Assembly (NCBI GenBank): GCA_012295275.1
Contig: CM022668.1
Span: 9,548,001 to 9,612,000 of the forward strand
Reading direction: 5' to 3'
Length of the DNA: 64,000 bases
Source: Chrysomallon squamiferum
Taxonomy: Eukaryota; Animalia; Mollusca
The position numbers and the translations under genes were made by a program. The notes beneath the pieces were generated by a model. It did no database searches and had not been told where the DNA came from. It worked only from the letters and a program-made list of their open reading frames with translations. This document shows, in pieces, positions 30,865 to 45,408 of the stretch (positions are counted from its first letter, which is position 1; each line of letters starts with the position of its first letter).

Positions 30865-31288
30865 AGTTTGTACACACGTTTTACTAAAACCTTTGGATAT
30901 ATTTAATATATTAGTATAACAGCATGTTTTCTAGTTTGTTCAATACACCTTCAGAAAAACGACGTCATAATATCTTTTTTTTCCGATTTCGTGAAAGATG
31001 AAGTGTTTTAGAACAAAGTTTGTACACACGTTTTACTAAAACTTTTGGATATATTTAAGATAACACGAGATCAGCGTGTTTTCTGGTTTGTTCAAGACAC
31101 CTATACACAAAACGACGCCGTTGTAGCTCAGAAAAGAAAACGCCCAGAACTCGCCACGGATAATGAATAATTTAATTCCAACTCCTCCACTCACTTCTGT
31201 CCCGGCTTTCAAAGCAAGCATGGCGGCCATGTTAAAAGTAATTAACTGAAATCGCCAGAGTGATCCGCTTTCGGCCACGACGGGTTAA
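30865..31288. mobile_element. piggyBac-like non-autonomous element end with internal direct duplication
   Basis: Ends ...TTTCGGCCACGACGGG|TTAA (CCC terminus plus TTAA target). About 100 bp is duplicated at 30865-30966 and 31017-31119. A related fragment (TTCCGATTTCGTGA...TTTTAGAA) lies at about 32470-32520. The matching left end was not found. Confidence 0.45.
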
Positions 31289-33672
31289 ACATAATGAATG
31301 ACGCTGAGACCAGTGGTTAAAAGTGCACTGGTTATTAAACGCGTGCCTCTTGATTCCTTAGCATCGGACGTTCGTTATTATACAGTCACGAGTGAAATAC
31401 GAGCAGAGCTGGTATGGCGACTGCTTGACCACAAAGAACCCTCGAATACCGCGCCGTGTAATCAGAAATAATTCACTGATGACAATAGCTTCTTCAGACT
31501 TTTAGAAGCGGTCACTGAAATGAGTTATCTGACCCTGTCTTTTTATTTCGTAGGACGTCGACGCCATAATTTATTTTCTTATTTTTCTTTTTTTCTTCTT
31601 TTTTTTTTTTCTTTTTTTTTTCTTTACTATATTTTTGTTTTTCTTTTTAACAATGAATTCTATTGAGCTAATCAAAAGTAAAGAATTAACAGTCTTCTTC
31701 TGAGCTTGATTTGATTTGATTTGATTTGATTTATTTATTTTTTATTATTTCATTTTATTTGTTTATTTATTAATTGTTATTATTATTATTGTTATTAGTG
31801 ATTTAATTTAGGTTCAGTTAATTTCATTTTTATTGTTTGTTTCTCTTTCTCTAATCGAAAGTGCAGATTCAAAAGCAGACGTCTATTTTTAAATAATGTC
31901 TCTGTACTTCCCAGTTCACTTAGGTAATTGTTTGTTTAACAGCATGCTGCAGATCACAATCGATCATCAACAATGATTTAATCAAATTAAAGATGAAGTG
32001 AACTGAATGCATGCTGAATCGAAGAAATTATTAGTGCTTTGTTGACGTTATCAAATCTACGAGTTATTATTATTTTTTTTTTTTTTTTTATTTTTTTGAC
32101 GTCATCAGATTTACGTCATTTGTAAAAGCAGCCGATATTTATTTTTTTTTTTTTTTTTTTTTTTAAAATTACGTGTATTTTACTACCATGAAGACGATGC
32201 TGTGATTTTCTGGGGGAAAACAAAACAACAAAAAATTCTACAAAATAAAAAATATGCAGGAAAATACCAAAATTATTTCAAATATTCCGTAAGTTTCGTT
32301 GTTTGTCTGACTTTCCAAATTGCTTTGTACGTCTGTCCGTGTAATTTAATTGTTAATTTGTTTTTCTTCATAACAAAATGTAAGAACACTGGCTGCAACA
32401 GGAGTTCCAACGTTCCCAGAAAGTCTATTTTCTTGTCAAAAATAATTTCCAAAGAGCCAAACACTTAAGGTTTTTTTTTTCTTCCGATTTCGTGATGGCT
32501 GAAATATTTTAGAATAACGTAAACAGACAAGACAAAGAAGGCAAAAAAGAAAAAAAAAAAAAAATATAAAAGAAGAAGAAAGAAATGGAATCAGATCTAG
32601 AATATGGAAAGGACAGAAATGAATAAGGATTTCACAGAACAAAGAAAAAGCACCGAAAGAAGAAAAGAAGAAAAAAAATATTTTAGAAGGCAAAAGTTCA
32701 CATAAAGAAGAACCAAAAAGAACCAAAATAAAGAATGAAGCGAAGAAGAGTAAGACAAAAGAAGGATGAAGAAGCAAATCAAAAAAAGATGATTTGGAAG
32801 ACGAAGAAAAGAAAAAAAAAAAAAAAAAAAAAAAAAGAAAAGAATTAAAAATAAAAGGAATAAAAGAAGAAGAAGAAGAAGAAGAAGAAGAAAGAGAAGA
32901 ACAAAAAGCTAAAAGAATCCGCAGCAAGCAGAGAACAAACATAATTACAACGACGTCTCACGTTTTGTCCAAACTGCAAACTTACGAGATCTAACTTAAT
33001 TCTGTGTGACTGTATTAAAACATCGCACAGACGAAACGAAAAAGACGTAGCTGTCAAATTATCAGCTTATTTCGTCTTGGGATTTGTCTGCTTCTAGGCG
33101 CTGATCTTTTTACTTGCCTTTCTGTCAATATGTGCCAGGATTACGACGCAGCCGTTTACCATCTTACGTCCCTTACGTCGAGCGTCGTAAAGAAAACGTA
33201 TTTGAACGAAAAAAAAAAACGAATCGGTATGGAGAGCCGATCGTGTCAACACCGGCTCATGTATTGAGTTTGCGGTTTTGTCTTTCCTATTTTTTTTTTA
33301 ACGGAGTCACAGTTTGAGGAGACTGTTTATTACGTTTTCATGATTAAGTTTTCTGTTTGCTGTCATAAACTGAATGAAGTAAAGATCCTGATTTTTTTTT
33401 TCTTCTGTGGAAGTCTTTTTAATGTAGACTGGTTTTTCTTTCGTTAGTGACTTTATTGATGCAGTGTTTTATAGTTTGGTATTTTAACATGATCATTTAT
33501 CATCTGACACTGAGTTAAGGAGTTAATCTCGTGTTTTTATAACATTTTGTTACAGTTCCCTCCCTAGTTGATGTGCTCTTTTTTTTTTTTGTGTCGTGGG
33601 TATTTCTGGCTGTGAGTCTGTCATTCATTCTTTACACACTATCATTTGCAGTCTTCACATTTAAACCTTTTA

Positions 33673-33717
<45 letters not shown>

Positions 33718-34449
33718 TTTTTTTTTTTTTTTTTTTTGTAACAAGGATTAAAATTGTTGGACAAATGTTTCTGTTAATGTCAATCTTTTAAAAATAAATA
33801 TGTCTACACACATCCTGAGTCGCCCTTTAAAGTGGTATACCTTCTCTAATACATTAAAGATCATCTTTGTGTAAAAATTGTTTTTATGTTTTGTTCAGGG
33901 TTTTTCGTTATATACACCTAACATTATATTTTCTTCCAATATCACTGAGTACGGAACTAGCTAACTAAATAAAATTAATAAATAAAAATAATAAATAATG
34001 TAACGAAATAAAATACATTCACAATAAGTAAACGAATAATAAAGAATAAATAAATAAATAAATAAATAAATAAAGAATAAATAAATAAATAAACATTAAA
34101 GAGGTCTCACATTAAAGGTATAATTTGTAAACTGTTCTCTCGTGAGATGTCGTGCCTGGGTGAGATAAGCTTTTCATTGATAATTAATTATTGACATTCA
34201 ATAGTGCACTCGTTTTTACCAGACAGGATACTCCTACATTGTTTCTCTTATTTTTATCCAATAACAGTGAACCTTTATTTAAGGTATTTTTATGTATTTT
34301 TGTTCGTTTTAATTTTTTTTTTTTTTCTGCTAAATTACGTATATATCTGTCATCATCTGGATTATTCAAGATCGGGTGAGCGTGTCGTTATTTAGAATTA
34401 TTCATCAGAATGATTACTCCTCATCTGGATGTTTAGAGTCGACATTTCA

Positions 34450-34910
34450 GAATAATGATGCTGGTTTCAAGATCTAAATTGGACGTGTTCGAATGTAAAT
34501 AGTGCGGTTTGTGGTTCTGAAGACAGCGGTTGGGATGTTCGGAAATTTGAAAATTAAGTTGTGTTGTTTAGAAGACAACAGTTGGAGTAATACTAATTAA
34601 AAATAGTGCTTTGTTGTTTTCAAGATATAAACTGGACGTATGCTTAATTAACATAGAGGTTTCCTGTTGAGAAAATAATTGAAAAGCAAAATCTAAGGTT
34701 TGTTGTTTTCAGGATCTGAACTGGTCATTTACGAATTAATTACTAATGTTTGTTCTTTTGGAGATAACTATTTGGATATTTACAAATTTAATACATTTGT
34801 TTGTTGTTTCCAAGACAGCAGTGGAGAAATCAAAAATAGACATTTGTTGATTTCACGATAACAGAAACACACGAACAAAAACAAATTCAGGTTTGGAGTT
34901 TACACGACAG
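34450..34910. repeat. Old degenerate tandem repeat, period about 50 bp
   Basis: TTTGTTGTTTTCAAGA..A..TGGA-like blocks recur near 34509, 34560, 34611, 34700, 34750 and 34801. Confidence 0.6.
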
Positions 34911-35834
34911 ACATGTTGACATTCTGAATCAAAGCTGCTACCTTTTTTTTGGTTTTGATGTTTACAATAGGATTCATAGAAATAATAAACATATTAAATA
35001 TTTTGGGTTCATATGAAACAGGAAGAAGACGTAATAACAAAATCAAGGTTTACTGTTGACAAAAAACTGTTGGATATACGAATCAAACATTCAGGATTTC
35101 ATAAAACAATAACAATATCAACAACCAAAAACAACACAACAAACAAAAATCTGTTACTGACTTCCAAACAAATAAACACCAGCAACGAAGAAATAACTGG
35201 ATTATTAAAAATCGAGGATTCATTTTGTTTATGCCTGAAATTTTCAACATCATAGACAACATCAGCAACAACATCAAATCAACGCCTGAGCCTTTATTTA
35301 CTTTCTGGTTGTAATTTAGCGACGTCCTACTACGTCAACACGACGTTGTTAGCTCCCACTCGTTAGACAAGTAAATTCTGTTGTGTCAACACTGCTCGTT
35401 AATGAAACGAAAAGTTAACTTCTGCTGTTTCAGAATTACTTGACTAGTTCCACGTTTAATATCACTGGTTAATGATAGTAAAAGAATAACCTATGTTGGT
35501 TAAATATAGTTAAATATGGTTAAATATGGTTAAATTCTCTGTGTTATTTTATAGAGAATTGTTTGAATAGTTCTTTGTTTAACATCACTCGTTAATCGAA
35601 CTAAAAGAACAGCCTATGCTGGTTATGTATCAGAATATTTTCTCTGTTCTTATATAGAACATCAGTAGCTGTTATTTAGTAAGCTGTTGCTTTTATTTTA
35701 TTTTAGACTTTATTCCTGAGTTGAAAGATTTTACACGTGGTGCTTTGTGTAAAGCAAAACCAGAAAAGGATTCTATTTATTTGTTATATTAAATTAGCAC
35801 TGTTTGCTGACTGTGTGGAGCATAACATATTGTT

Positions 35835-35872
35835 TATATAAAAAGGTCTAGTTTGCTTACGACAGTCGTAAG
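35835..35872 (+). promoter_or_regulatory. Candidate TATA/initiator promoter upstream of exon C
   Basis: TATATAAAAAG at 35835-35845; CAGT with its A at 35864, 29 nt from the TATA start; a second TCAGTT at 36073. Confidence 0.4.
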
Positions 35873-36179
35873 TGAATGTGCAGTGGACGTAACTTACGCC
35901 AAATTATTATTTATCAACTCTCTGCACTTTTTAACACAGCTCTGAACAGAGACGAAGACACATTTTCACAGTGGACATAACTCATTTGGAACTGTTCATT
36001 TAAAACTGTATACCATTTCACTGGTTCGACTAACGAACCCATAACACGCGTACTTGATCTCCGAGTGTGACTTCAGTTCGTTTATGATGATTGATTGGAC
36101 GACGTGTTTGCCCACAGCGGACGTCTGGCTTTAGGAAGTTCTTAAACTTGGCGAAGTGTGAAGAAAACACGCTGACAAG

Positions 36180-36239
36180 ATGAATTCTGTGTCAGTAACT
36201 TCTAAAGGGGACAACGATAAAAAGTCGAAAGATCTTGAG
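36180..36239 (+). CDS. Candidate alternative first coding exon C (MNSVSVTSKGDNDKKSKDLE)
   Basis: GACAAG-ATG-AAT start; ends GAG|GTTGGT, phase 0; preceded by a UTR-like unique island with TATA/Inr-like elements; similar to exon B. Confidence 0.58.
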
Positions 36240-36320
36240 GTTGGTTGTATAAGTAAATTCAGTAATGTTAACTCACGTGTACACGTACGTATGCTCGAAC
36301 GTGCGCAAATATTCGCGCAT

Positions 36321-36357
<37 letters not shown>

Positions 36358-36599
36358 GGTATGTAAAAGTGACTATTCGTTCATACTTTTATTCCTCTTT
36401 CACCCATCTATCCATATCTTGTATGCATTCATTATTATGTATATATATATGTATATATGTATGTGGATACGTGTGTATGTGTGGATATGTATATGTGTCT
36501 GATTGTGTATGTATATATATATATACACACATAATGTTTGTATTTATATTTAAATATATTTATCAAACGCACCTAGGTACGTATGTGTATGTATATATG

Positions 36600-37012
36600 T
36601 ATATATATGAATGTATTTATCAAACGTATGTATAGAATGTATGCGTATGTATGTATGTATATATGTATATATGAATGTATATATATATGTAATATATATG
36701 TATATATGAATGTATGCTTGTATGTACGTATGTATGTATGTATATATATATATATGAATGTATGCTTGTATGCACGTATGTATATATATATATGTATATA
36801 TGAATGTATGCTTGTATGTACGTATGTATGTATATATGTATATATGAATGTATGCTTGTATATACGTATGTATGTATATATGTATATATGAATGTAAGCT
36901 TGTATGTACGTATGTATGTATATATGTATATATGAATGTATGCTTGTATATATGTATGTATATATGTATATATGAATGTAAGCTTGTATGTACGTATGTA
37001 TGTATATATATT
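36600..37012. repeat. TA/TATG-derived minisatellite, unit about 44 bp
   Basis: GAATGTA(T/A)GCTTGTAT recurs about every 40-48 nt. Confidence 0.88.
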
Positions 37013-37138
37013 TATACATGCACACAAACACATAAATGAACACTCAGTTGTACCAATAAACATACTTGGCCAAAAGTAGTTGCGATGGTCGTTATCATCG
37101 TCAGTATGTGTGTGATCCTATGCATGTTTCTGCATACA

Positions 37139-37177
<39 letters not shown>

Positions 37178-37617
37178 ACAGGCGCGCGCGCATGCATTAC
37201 ATATAAATGTTATTATATGTGTTTGACACTAAGTTAAATAACCAGTGACATAAAAGCAATAACATAAACATATAATTTAATTCCAGGACTTATAACAGAA
37301 ATATTTGTAAGAGAATTTTTTAGTAATAATAATACGTTATACAAAAAACACTGGAGAAAGCCACTCATTATTGTTATTTTTGCTGTTGTTGTTGTCGTTT
37401 TTTCTTCTCGCGTTTTTGTTTTTGTTATTTATTTTATTATTCTTGTTGTCACTATTATTTTTATTTATTTCATTAATTAATTACTTAACTAATTAATTTA
37501 TTATTATTATTATTGTTTTTGTTGTTGCTGCTGTTCAAGATTTCCTTGTTGTTTTTGCTGTTATTTATTTTATTTTATTTTTGTTTCTACTATTGTTTTT
37601 ATTTTTGTAATTAATAA

Positions 37618-37655
<38 letters not shown>

Positions 37656-38158
37656 GGCTCAAGGGATGTGCTCTAGATAGAGTTCAAATAATATTAAAGT
37701 TACGTAATAGCATTGTATCTCATTATATCAATTACATTATTATCAGTCTAGACTTATTCAATTACATTTAATACATTCATTACATTTAGTACAGTTATTA
37801 CATTTGATGTAATTATACGTTTTTATATTCGGTACCGTTGTTAGAATGAGTGCTTTTATTAAATTTAATACAGTTGCATATTCCATTTTCGACCAGAGAA
37901 AATTCATTTTGATGATGATTATTATCAGCACAATCTTCAACATCATCACACTCTTTTCTTCTTTTTCTCATACAACTTTGTTATTATCTTCATTTCATTT
38001 ATATAATCATTAACGTCGTCATCATCATCACCTTCTTCCTTTTCATCTTTTCATTTTCGACAGCGTTATGGTTATCATCATCATCATCATCATTATCATC
38101 ATCTGCTCTTCCTCCTCTAACTTCATCATCATTTTCATCTTTTTACTTCTTGTTGTTC

Positions 38159-38309
<151 letters not shown>

Positions 38310-39042
38310 ATCTTCTGCAGCATAGCCTGGGACGTTACAGACTATAGAGTCGTGAAATAACACTGTTTTTTACGACAAGTTTCCATTACAGTGGAGATCT
38401 AAATCATGATAACAGAACACCTCACAGATATAAAACAAAGCGTTAACGTCACAGTCAGTGAGCTTGTAACATAAACAACATAAACAAGAATATTTAACGT
38501 CAGAGAGGATAACTATAGATAGATAGAAAAACAGATAGATAGATATATCGATAAATAGATAGACTGCTTGATAGATGGACGGATTGACAGATGGAGAGAT
38601 AAACAGATAGAGAGATAGACAAAAAGAAGAGAGAGTGTGAGAGGCAGAGACAGAGAGATCTTTCCTGATACTGCTGACAGAAATAATTATTTATTTAAAA
38701 CATTTTGTTCTTCTTCTGTTCAATATCAACCCACTCTTGTGAAACTAACCTGTGTTTTTTTTTTTTTTTTTTTTTCATTAAACCTCGCAGTTGTTTTGTA
38801 ACTGATGAGACTGCAATAAAGAAAGGAATATATGTATTTTTTTAAGACAATGTTTAACATGAGATGTCCCTAGGGTCTGTATTTTTGTCTGTTTGTCTGT
38901 ACTAACGCAGACAGAGATAAATAACTAAAATAGGATGATGTTAGGTCATTGTTCTTTATGGATATTTGAGAATACTTAAAGTAAGTGTATGAAATATAAC
39001 AATAATTTAAATAAATAATAAAAAAAAAAAAAAATAAAAATA

Positions 39043-39111
<69 letters not shown>

Positions 39112-39597
39112 AAAATAAAAAAAAATAAAACATTATATAGATAGTGATAGAGACAGAACTGAGGATGAAAGAGAATAATTAATTCAGTAACAAAAGACAT
39201 AAACATACATATACACATTCACACACGTACACCTATAAACATATATACATGTATACCTACATATTATAATAATAATAATAACAACACACACACACACACA
39301 CACACCCGCACACACACAGCAGAAAACTCTCATGTAAAATTATTCCGCTCTGCTGTTGTTTTATTCATGTGGATGTTCACGTTGCTGATGTTGTCGAGGA
39401 GAGAATCTATTGTCACTGGAACTGTTACTCTGCTGTGTGTTATTTATAACAAGTACGCAGTGAAGCGCAACTCTCTGTGCTGTTCAGTGTTATCATTTGT
39501 TATTTAATTCAGTGAGCTGGACACCATATGTCAATTATTAGTATTATTATTATTATTATTTTTTTTTTTCTGAAGCGAATGACATATGCAGTGTTAT

Positions 39598-39657
<60 letters not shown>

Positions 39658-39708
39658 TGTGTTCTATTTGGAAATCTTATTGATGTTTCTCTTATTTATT
39701 AATTTTTA

Positions 39709-39773
<65 letters not shown>

Positions 39774-40999
39774 TCGCTCTTATATTACATTGTAATTTTG
39801 TGGATTGTAGCAGCTAACGCGAGCATACGTTTAATTCAACAAGAAATAAGCTAAAAAAAAAGTTATAATAATGAATAAGAGACATCATATCCCCTTAAGA
39901 AGTGTGTTTCAAGAAGAATTTTTCTGTTTTATTTAGACAAGAAACGTGTTCTTGATAACGAATGCACAAAATTAACTAATTTATCTCTAATTTTTTTTCT
40001 CTCTATTTATTATCCGATATCTAAGTAAATTATTAGAGCATCTTAGAAAGGAGGAAATAATGTTTAAAAAACGAAAAAAAAAAAATGGCTCCGGAGTATC
40101 GATATAACAAAATGATTTCCTTCGGGAGTTTAATAATAATTGAAAATCGAGTTTCACACTTCTCAAGAGCACTGACAACAACATAAAAAAGTTATTAACG
40201 TTTTAATTTACTTTCACTTTTTGGGTGTGTTTAAAATAAAACACACCCTATTGGCTATTCCCTGTAAAATACGAAGAACGTTTTCCAAGAGTAAGCTATA
40301 ACATTCTCTAGAACATAATACTATACACAGGTTTTAAGACTGCTATTAACTCCCTTGAGTTGTCGTACACAGTTTTCATTACAGTAAACAGAATGCGATG
40401 ACTAAATTACTAAATGTAACGTACGAAGTTATTAAGGCCAGTGTACAACATGCAGCTTGCTGAAACGTAGTTGCACTGACAATAACGTACTCAGTTTTGG
40501 TTTAACTATGAATAACGTACACAACTGTCATTTCAGTACAGTACCGTATATATATATATATATATATATATATGCTTCGATCTCTGTCTCTCTCACTATT
40601 TCTGTATCTGTCTATATCTGCCTATGCATCTATCTATATGTCTGTCTGTATATCTATGTGTCACTCTATCTGTCCTTTTCTCTGCCTAACTCTGTCTATA
40701 AATGCATATATCTATCTCACTACCTGTATTTTTTTTTCTATTTATCTATCTATCTATCTATCTATCTGTTTATCTCTCCATCTGTCAATCTGTCATATAT
40801 CAATCAGTTTATGGATATATATATATCTGTCTTTCTATCTATCTATAGTTATCCTCTCTGTCATTAAATATTCTTGTTTATGTTGTTTATGTTACAAGCT
40901 CACTGACTGTGGTGTTAACGCTTTGTTTTATATCTGTGAGGCGTTCTGTTATCATGATTTAGATCTCCGCTGTAATGGAAAGTTGTTGTAAAAAACAAC

Positions 41000-41240
41000 T
41001 AGTGTACACAACTGTCAGTCGAAATAGTTTGTCAACGTACACGTCTGTCAGTCTAACTAGCGCTGTCAGTAACGTACACGACTGTCAGTCTAACTAGCGC
41101 TGTCAGTAACGTACACTGCAGTAAATCTAACTTGCTCAGTCAGTAACGTACACAACATTCAGTCTAATTTGCACTGTCAGTAACGTACACACCTGTTAGT
41201 CTAACTTGTACTGTTAGAAACGTATACAACTGTCAGGCCT
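41000..41240. repeat. Minisatellite, 37-bp unit, about 6 copies, with decayed copies near 40360-40530 and 41445-41520
   Basis: CAGTAACGTACACGACTGTCAGTCTAACTAGCGCTGT at 41067, with the next copy at 41104. Confidence 0.9.
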
Positions 41241-41287
41241 AAATTGGTATGTTAGTAATAAATACAATACATTTCCAAATCTGTATA

Positions 41288-41347
<60 letters not shown>

Positions 41348-42346
41348 GTGTGTAAGCGTCTTTGTATCTCTGCGTGTTTATTTGTGTATGTGTTTGTGTC
41401 TGTGTCTATACAAACTGTTCTGTCATTAATAAACTCGATGTATTTTCAGGCCTAAGTTGCACTGTCCGAACAAAATATAATATTTTTCAGACCTAAACGT
41501 TTCTGTGGGTAACGTATGTGGGTACAGCATCTCACTGTTATGTAAACGGTCGCTGGTGTGTTTTCTTTTATAAAATAATGGACCGAGTCGCGATACGCGT
41601 TAAATATGTTTCCTACTAGTTTATTGATGAGTCAAGCTGAACACAGCATCTTGCTTCATTATTCCCTTGATGTGCGTTATTCACGACTGCATGGTCCCAG
41701 ACTTTTAAATGTGTGCGATTTGTATTAATTATTTAATATCTTTTAGCTATCTCACAGTTTATCTCTAGCACACACGTTTGAATGTTGCTGTTTGCGTTTG
41801 TAGTTGTTGTTTTTTCTCCCCCTGACCCCCCTCTCCTTCCCTCTCTCCTCCTCTCTCTCCCTCTCCCTCCCTCTCCCCTCCCTCCCTCCTCCCTCCCCCT
41901 CTCTCTCCCTCTCCTCTCTCCCTCTCTCCCTCCCTCTGTCCCTCTCCCTCTCTCCCTCTCCCTCCCTCTCTCTCTCCCTCTCCCTCTCTCTCTCTCTCTC
42001 TATTTCTTTCTTTCTGTCTTTTTATATCTCTCACTCAAAAAACACCTAATTCTTTTTTCTTTCGATATCGTCAACCCTTAAGTATTTCAATAAACATATA
42101 TGCGACGCCATTTTGTTGCGCTTCGGCATCTTGTTTGCAATTTGACTGGTGTACAGATGATGTTCTGATCACAGTTTCGTTTTTCTGCTTGGTTTCGGTT
42201 AAGCTGATTCTTGTCACTTTTGTGGATGGACGGAAATTATATGGGGGTCTATAAAACATATACGATGATGTACAATATTAAGAAAAATAAATAAATAAAT
42301 ACTTAAATACTTAAATAAATAAATAAATAAATAAATACTTAAATAC

Positions 42347-42410
<64 letters not shown>

Positions 42411-42894
42411 ATGATAAAATAAAATAATTTTTTGTACATTTACCATTTAAACATATATCAGACATTAAATATTTTTACCAGCATATTATTATTATTATAT
42501 CTTCTTTCCTTAATTCTTTAATACATTCATCCAACCATCCATCCATCCATGCCTTCACCCTCTCTCCATTCTTCCTTCCCGTTGACCTGTATATTTATGA
42601 AGTAATACGATTATGGAATTCATGTTACGCAAACCGTATACCCATTTACTTCATGTAGTAATAGCACATTTTATTATACCGTGGTATGTTAAATTCTGTT
42701 ATGTAATCTGTCAAAGTATTATCCATCCATTCATCCATGCGGCTGTCAGTCCGTTCAGCTGCTGTGCATGAAATAATTAAGCACTGTGGTATACGTATAC
42801 AGTTTCCATTAACTGAACGTAAAGTCAATTTTCTTCTTTGTTCGGTTTTGTGCTTTTCTTCGTGTTGTTCGTGTTTTCGTTAAACCCCGCTTCG

Positions 42895-42900
42895 TTTATT
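42895..42900 (-). terminator. Candidate polyadenylation signal (AATAAA) of the PAN gene
   Basis: First AATAAA I found on the minus strand downstream of the stop, about 300 nt away. Confidence 0.4.
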
Positions 42901-43198
42901 ATCCTCGTTCCTTTTTTCACAGTCAGTGTTTGCTGTCCAAACCTAGAACCACAGCAAGAAAGACTGTTCTGTTGACGTAAGAATTAATAGAATGCATTTG
43001 TTCACGATAGTTTCTGATTCACGGAAAGCACGTTCGTGTATCAGACGATATGTCTGGAATTAAATATGTCTGATGTCAACGGCTAAAAAAATAGGTTATT
43101 ATTCACTGGGTTTAGAAGTGACCAATCACAGGCCACGTCACCGCTCCGCCATTGCAAATGTTGTCAACAGTCATGCAATGACGTCACTCGTCAGTGTT

Positions 43199-43485
43199 TT
43201 AATGGCGACGGCCACACTGTCTCACACACAGCGTCCAGTCCCGTTCCCGTGAGTCTACCTCGGCGTCGTCATCACTGATGTCGCTGAGCTCTTTCTTAAG
43301 CATGTAACACGAGTGTGTAGCAGAATTGTACTGACACAGCACGCACGGATTCGTGTGTCCTGTCTCAAGACAAGCATCTCTGCACGTCTCCAACGATTTC
43401 GTCTTCGTTGTTCCGTGGGCGTATTTTTCAATTAGACGGCTTTTATAAACAGTAAACTGGCCACTGTACCCGTAAGTGCCACAGC
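43199..43485 (-). CDS. PAN protein exon 4 (PAN/apple domain 2 to stop)
   Basis: Acceptor AATTTACAG|GC (phase 1). Reads SCGTYGYSGQFTVYKSRLIEKYAHGTTKTKSLETCRDACLETGHTNPCVLCQYNSATHSCYMLKK...WTLCVRQCGRRH, then TAA at 43201-43199; matches ORF-track 43199..43393. Confidence 0.88.
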
Positions 43486-44901
43486 CTGTAAATTAATAAT
43501 AACGATGATGATGATGATGAGATTGGTGATGATGATGATGATGATGATGACAATTAATCATAATGGCAAATGGAATAAACACTTGCGCAAAAGCAAGAAA
43601 CAAATGGTAAACAGATAAGAAATTATTACTGATGGTGATAACAACAACAACAACAACAACAACAACTACTACTACTACTACTACTACTACTATTACAATT
43701 AGTGTTAAATGTTACTACTACGATTACTACTGCTGCTGCTGCTACTTCTACAGCTACTGCTGTTACTACTACTACCATTACCACTACTACTACTACTACT
43801 ACAACCATTACCACCACTACTACCACCAACACCACCACCACAACTACTATAATAACTGATACTTTATCGTAGTATTAGTATTAGAGCTTCTGCAACTGTC
43901 GCTGATTGTGCTACATCGTCAGTATTACTGTTGTAGTTGATACGAGCACTGCAGCCACTTCAGCAACTACTCAGACGTAACAGTTACTACTTCTATTATC
44001 TATGTACAATAAATTAACAATTATTACCATTAATATTCTGCTACATCAACTATTACGACTACACAAGTTACAAACAGGACAACCATGAATACTAACTTTT
44101 GACGCACACGTTTTTCTCCGGGTAGAAATGCATGTTGGGATTGCAGGGATCTGTTTTGGGACGCTCTACAAAAAAAAAACAAAAAAATATATATATATAT
44201 AAATTAATTTAAATCGGTGTCACAAAATGTAGTAGTCCGATCGTTTAAAGAAAGTGAAACATTATCGCGGACGTATTAGAAGACACAGTCAGATGAGCGT
44301 TATCTTTTCCTTGGAGTATTTTCATACAACGTTATTTATATATTTTTTTATCATCTACAGTTGACCCTCGATTTCTGGAAAAAATCACAGAATCAGAACG
44401 TATCGTTATTTCTAGGTTACTTCTAGGTACTATTAAGTTTTCCCCGCTATACAACCATGGCAACACTCTCAACCCTCGTTCCATCAACATAAGTGTCAAT
44501 TTTACAACTGCACCCAAAACCATCCGAACATAACACATTTGACCAATTAAGCCTACATTTTGTTTTACTCTTCACATATTCTGTATGACATTATGTCGGT
44601 ATTTTTCACTCTTTCATTATAATATTACTATATTATATAGCTGTATATGTGTACCAAAATTCAATATTTCAGTAAAATTTTGGATTAATATTTGCATGAG
44701 CGATTTCCCAGACGTTTCCATTTTTCCAGACTGGTTCTCCCCTCCTGTGAATCCGTGAAATCGAGGATTTGACAGGATTTGATATTGCTGCACCGAATTT
44801 TAAAACTGTACTATTTTCAGTGACGTAATACTCTTGAAATCTATTCTGTATTGTCTTAATATTCCTGAGTACAGATCCTCTGCAGGTTTTCATTCTTTCT
44901 T

Positions 44902-44936
<35 letters not shown>

Positions 44937-45377
44937 CATTTACTTATTTATTGATGTCTAAGTGAGTGTTTTTTTTTATTTCTTTAAATGATAAATTATC
45001 AGTAAGGCCTTTTTGAAAATATCTTCTTCGTATATATATTATATACGAACCAAGGTATATACCTTAACATATCCATTAATTTAAATCGATACAAATATGA
45101 ATAGATACATCAGTAAAGACAGAAAGACAGACAGACAGACAGACAGATACATACCACTAATGCAGAGTGGTGCTGTTTTCGATTTGTCGTCACAGTAACT
45201 ATCTTTGGAACATTCATGATCCTTGCAAAGTCCAGCTAAAGACTATTAATAATAATAACAACAACAATAATAATAATAATAATAGTAATAATAATAATAA
45301 TATTACAATAATAATAAAAATAATAATAATAATAAAAGTCATAATATAATAACATAATAATAATAATAATAATAATC

Positions 45378-45408
<31 letters not shown>

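Noticed and set aside
31900-31930. Second possible ratchet point TTCACTTAG|GTAATT
   Set aside because: Weaker donor, a competing AG just upstream and no clear RS-exon donor.
32560-32994. K/E-rich ORF (MEDEEKKK...) and similar purine-rich frames near 17400-17770
   Set aside because: Low-complexity GAA/poly-A sequence with no splice or domain support.
43122-43137. CCAAT...CCACG as an ER stress element
   Set aside because: Spacer is 6 nt; ERSE requires 9.
44332-44893. Two ORFs inside PAN intron 2
   Set aside because: No suitable splice sites or recognisable domain; they overlap the MITE-like insert, and exons 2 and 3 join in frame without them.
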